DNA of 63,467 bases, the filler included, from Pelomyxa schiedti (Eukaryota; Protista; Evosea): the NCBI GenBank assembly GCA_020536535.1. It is 6 parts of 6 records of this genome, joined end to end, with 100 filler letters (N's around TTAATTAATTAA, not from the genome) between each part and the next. Parts side by side here need not be neighbours in the genome. Positions count along the whole stretch, not along the records: positions 30,109 to 45,976 come from JAHLWZ010000415.1; positions 46,077 to 63,467 come from JAHLWZ010001131.1; 4 more parts are not named here. One strand, 5' to 3'. The translations under genes were made by a program, and so were the position numbers. Positions 36,950 to 47,096 of this stretch are shown piece by piece. Numbering within the stretch: position 1 is the first letter of the stretch; each line of letters starts with the position of its first letter. The notes under the pieces are model-generated. The model made no database searches and was not told the origin of the DNA. It was given only the letters and a program-made list of their open reading frames with translations.

Positions 36950-39900
36950 CTATGATATCTTTTGGAATGTGAGTTCAAGAAATAGTTCCACTTGGGGAAT
37001 ACATGACATACCATTAATTGCTGTGACAATTGCTGGAAAGTCCGGTCTTTCATCAGGATTATTTGCCCAACATGCTGTCATTAGGTCAGTCAGACCAGGA
37101 GGCATTTCTGTTGGAATGGCCGGCCGTCCTCCACCAATCACGTGATGAAACAAGCCTGAAAATTGGTGAAAAGATTAACCCAGTGCATTGGGTGGGTGAT
37201 ACCGAATGTGCTTTCTATCTCCAGGAAAGGTGTTGTGTTTGTTGCAATGCTCCAGATTAACAGAGCAAATGAATAAACGTCTGCTTTTGTGGAGTATGTC
37301 TTGGCATCGAGAATTTCTGGTGCAGTGTCTGGGCCACTTAGAACTTCAAATAAATTTTTTTGGTCATACAGGAAGGGGTCCCAACACCAACGGTATATGT
37401 TCCTTTCTCTTTGTTCTCTGTAGTGACTCGAGCGGAACCAAAATCACCTAATAGAAAAAGAGAAGTTGTGACTCTGTGGGAAGAAAAAAAATGCCGTACT
37501 TAGTTTAATGTGGTGGGCAGCCTTTTTTGCAAGAGACGACACCAGGACCTTCAATTCAATTCAGGAAAGAACAAGATGAGAATAAAGCTTCATACATTCG
37601 CTGGCTGAGTTGAGGGGAAACAAATGTACAAAGTAAATAAAATGCTGGTGATATGTGGGAGAGGTTACTTTCAAATCACGATGAATCACACGATTACAGT
37701 GTAGGAAAGTAACTCCCTGTGCAATTTCTTTTATGAACCGTAACTAGTAAATGTAAATAAACAGGTTTTTTGTTAAAAAGAAGTACCTTCAACCACCAGT
37801 TAATGGTGTGCTTCTCCAAAATTCCCTCTAAACTGCCAAGCTCAACAAATTCCTAGGAGAGTGTTGGCGAGATTCAGGGAACATACCCAAATTCCACAAT
37901 AATTTTTACCATAACAATAAAACATCCTGTTGGTGACATTGATGAACCGTAGAATGTTCTGATTGGTTTGAGTACTGCACCGGGTTTGGGGTGTAGCTTA
38001 CACAACATTGGGCGACTTTAGGAGCACACACAAGTCTATTTCTCGTTCTATCATCTCTCGGAAAGCATTATCTTCATACATGTAAACAGGAAATGTCTGA
38101 TAAAATAAGTTTGTGGAGAAAAGAGGAAGGTACGACTTTAAGGGCAACATCAAGACCCCTCCAAGTAGCACGAAAAACACTTCCTGAAGAAATGAAGTAA
38201 GTCTGACATATTGATTATCATATTTTCGTACCTGCTGCACCTTGCCCTATTTTTGCCCCTAGACATGGCTCAGTTTTAACGACGGAATGAAGACCTCACA
38301 AACCAACTTGTATTTCATCAATATCCAACCGGGAAGATAGCTGTACTGCCGCCACCAAGGGCAGAACCACCTGATATGGGCAGTCTAGAATTGGGAATTT
38401 ATTAGTCACCATAACAATAGCCTTATGTCTGACTTGTTATTGACAAAGGTATTTCAAGGTTAATATCAGCTGTGCACTTTGCCCTGATTGAAAACACAAC
38501 TTTTACAGTTTCTCCCTACAGAGATGTGAAAACTTCATTCAACGTGAGTAGAACTCCATACCACACCAATTACAACGTGCAATGGTGATATAGAGAGAAT
38601 AAACTTATGGGATGCAGCAGGGAGTTTCATTGTTAATGTCACACTTTCATGAACTGTATTTGTAATATTGAGGACTTCCTCGCATCCAGCTTCCACTTGA
38701 AGGGGTTTGAGGTTCGTTCCGAAAGTAATGGATGTGACAGAGAAGTTCAAAGGCAAAGTATTATCGTTGCAGACCAGCTTCCTGAATAGAAGTGAGTCAA
38801 CAATCAACCGATAGGTATTTACCTCAAGCTTGCGGCATCTCCAACAGGTTCAAGTTGAAGGTGGGGTCTGGGCTTTGTTCGGCGCTTCACGATAAGTGCG
38901 GCAGCAACAGTACCAACAACGACCAGAGCACAAAAGCACACAACGATGAGGGGGATATACCAGTCCTTTGCGGAAACTGAAGAGAAGAGTAAGTTATGCA
39001 TGAAAATTAAATTCACTGTTTGCCAACCTTTGCATGACTTTGATGGTGGTGAAGTGGGCACATATCCAGTCTCACAGACACAGTTAGATGAGCACCTGTG
39101 ACCTCCATCGCATTCCTCCTTTTGATCAACAACTCCGTCTCCACAAGCTTGAGTGTAAGGGAGTAACCCCGTGAGTGGAAGTAATCAAAGGAGGGATTGG
39201 ACAACCTAGCATGCACCCCACATCTCCATCTGGCTTGTACAAAGCACTGCAAGTGCAATCGATGCAGTGTTCGAGTGCATCACAGTTCTCACCAAAGTCA
39301 ATGTCCACCACTCCATCTCCACAGGCTTCGTGTGACAGTCAGCTAAAGGTTTGAGTTTGAAGTTGGGCCAAAATACCCAAGGCTTTATCCCGCCTGAAAA
39401 AGGCACAGGTTGGAAAGATAAATGGTGCCAATATCCGAGAGCAATTCGGCGGTAACTTTTACTGGGTGAGCAGGAGGCAACTACTAAATACCGTGGGAAA
39501 TACTTGGGACAGAGGGTAGGGCAAAACAGTGATCTGTGTAAAGTAAATCAGAAGGAACAACGTTCGAAAGTGTTTGGTAGGAAGAATCGTTTGAAGCAAA
39601 TACCATAAATGGGTCAGAGAAGAGCTCATCAATAGCTTCTTCAGAAGTGGTGAAATCTATGATGGTGGCCCAAGTACCAAACATAGTTGCCATTATCTCA
39701 CAATTTGCTTCTCCAGTAGCTCCAACCTGCTTTATTCTTAAGATGATGTTCTCGTCTAAACTTTAACTGGGGAGCGACCTTGTAACCCGCATTTTCACTG
39801 AGAAACTGAGTAATTTCCTGCAGTGATTCCAATGGGCTCGACATCAGAGTGTATAAATACAGCGGAATGGCACTTGTATAGCATGACGAAGCGAACTCTT

Positions 39901-41900
39901 GTGTGCTTGGTTCCTCCGCAGAGTATCTTGCACTCAGCAGGAAAGCAGACGTTGCTTTTGTATTTAAAAAAAAAACATTTGATGCTCGACTTAAAGCAAC
40001 TGGACATACTGTCAATTGATCCTGATCTTAAAGCATCAAAAACTTCATCCTCTGTATCAAAAATTGTGTATTTGGCCATGATGGGTTCGGTTGTGATGAA
40101 CATATGAGAGAGGCTGTGCCAATGTTAGTGGGGGAAACAGATCGAGCCAGTACTAGGTTGCAACTGCTCGTTCTATATCTGGTATAGCACCAGTTGGAAT
40201 TGCTGCCTCTGTGTCCAGCAAAGGCCTGGCATTTACTCTGGGGGCCCCGATTCGGAGCTGGTTTGAATTTATAATATTCTGCAGTGTTCCCTCTATTTTC
40301 AATAAGACAAAAAGCAGAGCAAGTTACAAGAACCAGGGTAAGGTGTGACAAACGCTCCAGGTTTTGCAACACAGTCCTTTTTAAGTGATGGAGCGGTTAA
40401 AAAACGGCCTATTTGTCAAGAGTCTTACCCCGGTGCTGAGTACAGTAAGGTTATAGCTGTTGAAGATTTCGTCTTGCTTTTGGGTATTAACAATCCACAG
40501 AATAGAAGCATCATAAGCTTCCAAGAGTCCAGAATTACCAGTGTCATACACTGAAGTGTCATTGAGGGAACTCACCTGTTGTTTTGTTAAGTCCCACTGA
40601 GAGGTTTTTTTTTCTGACTTTTTCTTCCTCGGGTGTTTCCAATCTGAAAAAAGAAACCCGTGGGAGGATGTAGTTGAGGGGAATCCATTTGAATTCCTCC
40701 GATTGGCTCTGAGAATATATGATCGATTGTTTTGATCAAAATCTGGCAAGTCTGATGAAGCAAAGGAACAAACATGATTTGAAACTGCAATAGCGAGCAG
40801 GGCCGAATCTGTTCTCAGAGCTTCAAATGCCTCTTCATCATTCTCAAATAGAATTGTTACCTTCAGGCACATAAATCAGAGACGAAGGCTTCCCAACAGT
40901 TCAAGAAATACAAAACTGCATCCATGAAGAGCTCTTGAATGGCTTGGAAAAGGACTTGGGAAACGGCACCCACTTTTGTTTGTGTGTACCGATTCATTGT
41001 CTCAATCGAGTGGTAGAGCTCAGCTTGACTTTCAAGGTAATTTGAGGCCATGTACAGTTTTTGTCCAAAGGTGGTGCAAGATGCTCTGTATATAAGAGAA
41101 GCACGGTTGGTGCCACTTTGAGAAAATGTGCCTGTGGAAATTCAAACCCTTAGAATTGCACAGACCCCAAAACTGGGAACCTGCTCCATAGTCACAAGTT
41201 GTTGCTGTGATAATATGGTTAAAAAGAGTAAGAACGGGAGAGTAGTAGGTATACCAGATATCAGACCGTTTTCTAAGGCATCAAACACCTCATCAAGGGT
41301 GTCAAAATTCAGCCTTTTTATTTTAGTGTGAAATGGAGATGGGGTAGGGGTGGATCACATGTAGGTGACATTTATTGGCCGTCCTATGTAGAACATTCCA
41401 ATTCTTCACGAAACACCAATATCAGAATCGCATGGTAAAGGGGGAAAAAAGGGGAAAAAGGGGGGAAAAAAAATTGTGAGGAGTTTGTAACCAAACCTGC
41501 TGTAAATTTCCCTCTCCAAGGAGGGAGCAGGACCAACAGGACTTTCAACAGTATAGTCCCCGTAACCATAGCTCAAATTCCCACGTGCTCCAAGAACGAC
41601 CACCTCGTTCTCCAGGATTGCCTCCAAAACCCCCACGGGCTCGTCAGGAAACACGAAAGCATCGGTCACAGGGGCGCACTCATAAAACGTGATGCTGTCG
41701 GCCAAATTGTACGGCGCCATCATGGAGTCGTAGGATCCATCGGCGTATATCGACGCCAATGCGGAGTCGAACGCGCGGGCCAATTGTTCGTCGCCGGTCT
41801 CGGCACACTGTATCACAAGATCCAGATCCAAAAAGAACAATGATACCGAGAGAAGCGAAACGAACGAGCGTATAAAAACCGGAACTGCGACACGTGACAT
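36950..41900 (-). CDS. Transmembrane receptor kinase (Entamoeba TMK-like, TKL) with tandem type-2 periplasmic-binding-protein-like ectodomains
   Basis: Signal peptide MSRVAVPVFIRSFVSLLSVSLFF; repeated ectodomain units; Cys-rich linker; TM WYIPLIVVCFCALVVVGTVAAALIVKRR; TMK-like juxtamembrane domain ITFG..EEVLNITN..ISPLHV; kinase LKSPNVV, EFVELGSL, IAQGVTFLHCNRVIHRDLK, GVGTP, RPAIP..CWANNPDERPDF. Confidence 0.82.
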
Positions 41901-42122
41901 TGCACCAAACCCACCAACAACTACCAAAGGTTACACAACTCAAAAACGATCTCCAGATCGTGTGGTGTTTCTTCGGTTTATTTTCTGCTAAACGGGAAAG
42001 ATGAAGAAGAGTACGGAAAAAGATGCAGAAAAGGGGGAGAAGAAAAGAAGAAAATCTCCCCCAAACACAACTTCCACACGACGTCCAGGGTACGTAGCGG
42101 GAAAAAAAAACTCCAAGTTTTC

Positions 42123-42890
42123 TTAAGGTTGGGTGTGGTGATTGTGAGGGTGCCATACACCTCGAACCCAGAGATATGGAGGGAGTACCCCTCCGAGCTC
42201 GGCCCAGTCACAACCAGGCGTAACACGCTGAACGGCGACGCCGCGGCCGACGCCTGCGGCACGTCCCACGTGCCCACGGCCCGCAGGCGCGTCCAGCGTC
42301 TGTGGTCGTTCTTGTGCGTGGCCAGCGTCGCCCACGCCGCGCCGTCGCTGGACCCGTCGCAGCTCCCACGTCCGGAGCGCCGCCGCGCGGCCGTGCTGCG
42401 TGTGCCTGACCGAGTACTTGGTGGGCCGCACCGAGCCGCCGCAGGGCCGCAGGTCGACCTGCCACCAGCTGCTGTTGTTGGGGCCGCGGTCGTTGGTGCA
42501 GTTGGCGCTGTTGCAGTCGCGGTCGAGCGGTGGGGTTGACGTAGTTGGGCGTGTGGGAGTCGGGGCTGTGGGCTGGGTCGGGGGTGGTCCCAAGCCACCA
42601 CATGATCCCATTGTGATCCCAGCTGTTGATGTATGTGAACGTACGCGTGACAACTGTGTTTTTTTTTTTTTTTGTTTTTTTGGGATTGTCAACAGTCAAA
42701 GAGCAGTCAAGCACACATTACACATTTGAGAGTGAGAGGAATAGGGATAGGCATACCGATTGGAGTTGAGAGAGTGGAGATTGGGGACCTCCCTCCGTGC
42801 ATTCCGTTTGACTCTGCCCTCACGCTCAGCATGTATGTGGTTCCCATTGACAGGCCTCCAACTGTGATCCTGGGGTCACTTCCACAGTGG
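42123..42890 (-). pseudogene. Diverged third FN3 + discoidin-like paralogue with frameshifts
   Basis: CGSDPRITVGGLSMGTTYMLSVRAESNG (FN3 3' half), intron, then WDHNGIMWWLGTTPDP..NYVNP. A deletion of about 60 bp with frameshift precedes SSWWQVDLRPCGGSVRPTKYSVRH; a second frameshift precedes GSSDGAAW..GFEVYG. Confidence 0.8.
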
Positions 42891-42896
42891 AAATTG

Positions 42897-43095
42897 GTCC
42901 TCGATAGAAGGAGGATGGAAAAACCACTCTTCGATAGCAGGAGGAGTTGCTCCTCGATAGAAGGAGGAGGTAGGAGAAGTAAACTGGTCCTCGATAGAAG
43001 GAGGATAGGAAACCACTCTTCGACAGAAGGAGGAGTTGCTCCTCGGTAGAAGGAGGAGGTAGGAGAAGTAAACTGCTCCTCGATAGGAGGAGAGG
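42897..43095. repeat. Minisatellite, about 89-90 bp unit x2.2, built from a ctcgatagaaggagg subunit
   Basis: tcctcgatagaaggaggat..aaaccactcttcga..ggagttgctcctcg..gtaggagaagtaaactg occurs twice. Confidence 0.85.
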
Positions 43096-43639
43096 GACAT
43101 TGAGGACCCAGCACATGGAAATCACAGCAAAGGGACCAAGGATGAGGACGAGGAGGCAAGCACACAGGAACAGACTGTGGACCAGAACAATAGAGCAGTG
43201 AGCAAGGGAAGAGTTGGAGCAGGGCACTCCCATGCAGCATCAAGGCTGAGCAGAATTGAGGAGCAGGTCATAGCCCGAGAGACAGCCCCTTCTGAGGACT
43301 CTGTTGCCAACAATCAACTGAGAGCAAGAGCGGTAATTACAGGCAATCCCACTCTGGAGGGTGAGGGAGGGCAACATTGGGAGAGACGGAAAAGGAAGCT
43401 AGTAACTGAAAGGAGGGCAGCCCAAAATTCCCAACCCACGTGCAGCACTGGAGGAGAGACATAATTCTGGCTGGCGTGAGACCCCACTAATTTAGAATGT
43501 GGGAGAGCAGGAGCCGGCTCAGACCAGGAAGCACCCATGACATACAGACACTTGTCGATTCGATCTCATGCCAATCTGCACCGCAATCATATTTTGCACT
43601 AATTCACGTACGCCTATCCACGCCAATCTGTGCTGACTG

Positions 43640-44500
43640 CACCGGCAATGACCTGTCAGCCCCACTCCCTCTGGTTTGCTTTGATTGTCCTGACCGCGAT
43701 AGTCTACTCCTGTCCACTCGGTTTCACTGCGGCTCACCCTGGTTCACCCAGATCCACTGCGTTTCACCCCAGTTCACCCCGTTTTGCTCTGCTCAATCTG
43801 ATCCACCCTGAACCGACCTGGTTCAGTTCTGGTTTTCCCCAGTGGCTCACCCACCCATCCCAGTTTGTTGTGTTCCACCGGCTCACCCTGTTTCGCTCCA
43901 CTTAGCTTCATTCCATCCCGACCATCCAGAAGGAGACGGTATACACTGACAATCAACACCAACCTGACGGAATACAGCAGACCAACGCTGTTTACTCTAT
44001 TCTACTCCGGCTTCACTCCGTTCCGCTTCGTTTTACTCCATCCCACTCCACTCTGCTCCGCTTCGCTCCGTTTTCCCCCGTTTTGCTTCGCCTTACTCAG
44101 CTGTACATCGCTTTACTCTATTCTGCCCCGTTTACTTTGCCTTCTCCAATTCACTACAATTGCTGCGATTTACTCCGAACTACCTGAACTATCCCACACC
44201 AACCCAACTATATCAGGCTATGCACATACACCCGCGCAAGCACAGTCCACCCCACGTTTGCGTTCAGAGAGGGAGTGGGCTGATGGGTCTCATGAAGGAA
44301 CAGAGCAGAGAGAGAAGGCTAGTCAAGTGGGAGGGGATGGGAGATAGAATTTCCGGCAGCATCCTTGAGGATTACTGTGCAAGAACCTCGTCAACCGAAT
44401 CACTGAGTACCACATTGTCACTCCAGTTTATTACGATTACTCCAGTTCAGCTCGATACTCTCCGATTACCCCGGCTTACTCTAACTTACTCGGTTTACCT
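43640..44500. repeat. Degenerate pyrimidine-rich pentamer satellite (YYYRC-like periodicity)
   Basis: For example ttcac-tccgt-tccgc-ttcgt-tttac-tccat-cccac-tccac-tctgc-tccgc-ttcgc around 44010-44070. Confidence 0.65.
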
Positions 44501-44885
44501 GGATGCACTCTGAGCCATCCAGAGAGGGAGGAGCCACGCAACCCAAATGCAGGACCTGCAGGACCCCCTTGATACCCAGAGAGCGTTTAAGAGAAGGAGG
44601 GAATGTGTGGTGTCCCACCCAACCCAGTGACCAATCACAGTCAAGGTCACCCCAACCTGGAACTGTACTCAGGCCTCTGATCTCCCATCACACACACAAT
44701 AGCGCTCATTAGCTCACAAACTTCTGCTTATTGGCCGAGGTTCATGAGTACTCGACCAAAATCCACCCCTGAATTGCAAACCGTACGGAACCGGCACAAC
44801 ACTCGAAGGTTTACACAGTATTTTCGCTTTTTTTGTTCGAAGGCACCACATAACTTTTACACAGTGTTTTGGCTTGTTTTGTTCA

Positions 44886-45976
44886 TTAATTGGTTGTGAC
44901 TGTGAGCAAACCATAAATCTCGAATCCACCAACCATGAGGTAGTTCTGGTTACTTGAGTTGAGACCAGTCATCACCACACGAAACACACTGAACGACGAG
45001 GTTGGAGTGGGTGGAGCAGCATCCCACGACCCAACTCCGAATTGTGCAACGATTGTCTTGTCATTTGCATGCCTCGTGATGGTTGTCCATGTTGTGCCGT
45101 CGTTTGATCCCCTCAGCTCCCAGTTCCGAATGCAGTGACCGCCGTTGACGTCGTGCCTGATTGAGTACTTTGACGGCCTCACTGACCCGCCACATGGTCT
45201 CAGGTCCACCTGCCACCAACTGTTCGCCACGTTGGTGGTGTTGTTGCTGCCGTTGTGGTCACGTTCGAGTGCGTTCTGTGGTGCCCCTTCGTTGGCACAG
45301 GACCACGAGGCGATGACGAGGCCCGAGTCGTGGGGGTTGACATAGTTGGGAGTGTGGTTGCCGGGGTTGTGCCTTGGATCGGGAGTGGTTCCCAACCACC
45401 ACATGGCACCTTGATGGTCCCAGTTGCTGCTGAACGTGAACTCGACCGTGGTGGTATCTGTGGGCCAATTTTAGTTTGATGACAATGCCACAATGAAGCA
45501 AGCATCTCATTGCAAAAAAAAAAAAAAAAAAAGTTGATGAGCGATGAATAACAAACAACAGTCACACATAATACATACAACACACTCACTATATGGGGTT
45601 GAGAGCGCCTTGAAGGGGGAGTTCCTTCCATGGATTCCATTTGACTCTGCCCTCACACTCACCATGTATGTGGTTCCCTTCGTCAGCCCACCAACTGTGA
45701 TCCTGGGGTCACTCCCACATTGGTGTTGTTGTGGTTCTTCTTCTTGTTGGTTGTTGTTGTTGTTGTTGCGTTGTTCTTCCTGCTGTTGTTGCCTGGACAC
45801 AAACACTGTGTATCCTGTCACTCTGTTTCTTGTTGCTTTTGTTGGTGGTGGTGGAGGAGGAGGAGGGTCCCATGAGAGAGTGAGGGATGTTGGGCTCGCT
45901 TGGCATATCTTAGGTTGCCCTGGTGCACCGATTGCTTCTTCTGTCGGCATTATGTCAGTGTTTGTTTGGTGGAATG
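44886..45976 (-). CDS. FN3 + discoidin-like domain protein, copy 2 (5' end lost at the contig edge)
   Basis: FN3 PGQPKICQASPTSLTLSWDP..VTGYTV..(Q/N-rich loop)..ITVGGLTKGTTYMVSVRAESNG. Donor gtgagt, intron, then terminal exon 45457-44886. Confidence 0.85.
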
Positions 45977-46076
45977 NNNNNNNNNNNNNNNNNNNNNNNN
46001 NNNNNNNNNNNNNNNNNNNNTTAATTAATTAANNNNNNNNNNNNNNNNNNNNNNNNNNNNNNNNNNNNNNNNNNNN
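45977..46076. other. Artificial contig-joining spacer
   Basis: 44N-TTAATTAATTAA-44N. Confidence 0.97.
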
Positions 46077-46808
46077 CGGAAACTCATCGTACAACCACTG
46101 TGCAACGCCCAGGTTCCCGTGTGACAATGCGCCCAGCAGCGGCTCCACGGCCTCCCACAATTCGGTGATCCGGAACCTCTCCACCACCCACTTGGCCATC
46201 TCGATGTGGCCTCCCTGGAACACCCTGTACAGCAGCGAAGTCCCACCCGTGCGGCTCTTGATGAGCTCCACAATGTCGCTGTCGTCGTCGGGCCACACCA
46301 GCCCGCACTCGTCCCTCCACCACCTCGAGCTTCCACTTCCCCTTTCATCTTCTCGTAGTTTGCCATCGCCGACAAGTGCTTTGGCCAACTCGAGGTGCCC
46401 GCCAGCGCAGAGTCCCATAACCGCCGTGGCCAGATCTTTTTCGTCTCCTCCCCCGGGACCGCTACGCCAATTGCTGGTGGCGGGGCCCGACCGTTGCCTG
46501 TTCCTCAGAAACCACCTGACGCACGACTTGGCGCCGGCCGCCGCCGCCATCTCCAGCCTGCTGCTGTGCTTGGGCACCCTCGTCCGCAGCCCCACGACGG
46601 CGCGGCAGGCGAGGGCCACGAGGGGCCACAGGGCCTCCCCAACCCCAACGAGCCACGACGCCGAAGACTCGTACGTGGGGTGGTACCTCAGCCACACGGG
46701 CACCACGTGCACCCACACAACGTGTGACACGTGCACTGCGTGGTTCAGTTGGTGGATGTGGTTGATGCTGGCAACGTGGGGTGGGGCTCTTGTCTCTTCG
46801 GTGGACAT
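46077..46808 (-). CDS. Expanded ankyrin-like repeat family gene, 3' truncated at the contig edge
   Basis: GLCAGGHLELAKAL, QGGHIEMAKWVVERF and SHGNLGVAQWLYDEFP. A close paralogue of 60807-63079. Confidence 0.78.
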
Positions 46809-47096
46809 TAGATTGAAAAGGAAAACGTGGCTGAATAAAATAATTAATCAACAGACCGGAACGCTGTCCTTTTGTCGCTCAGGATCACCGGTCTGGTGTT
46901 TTTTCTTTCCAGCCACATTGGAATTTGATCGGTTTCGGAAAAGGGTTGGTGTAACGGTAAAAACAATTCAAAGGGGGTGGCATGTCGGACTTTGAGGACT
47001 TTTTCCTTCTTGACACCTCGTAAGCAAATTGAGAACCGTTTTCCAAGATGACTGTCAACTCAACGCCCGTCTTTCTTATGTCAGTGTAGGGGAAGT

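Noticed and set aside
42123-42640. Third discoidin copy as a DGR template region
   Set aside because: It is too diverged throughout, including non-A and synonymous sites, and lacks A at many of the variable positions.
42897-43095. CRISPR-like array
   Set aside because: The units are whole tandem repeats without unique spacers, the context is eukaryotic, and there are no cas genes. The same applies to 14914-14983 and 33310-33720.
10682-46076. TTAATTAATTAA palindrome repeated five times
   Set aside because: It is always centred in exactly 44+44 Ns, so it is a six-frame-stop concatenation linker. Adjacency across these points has no biological meaning.
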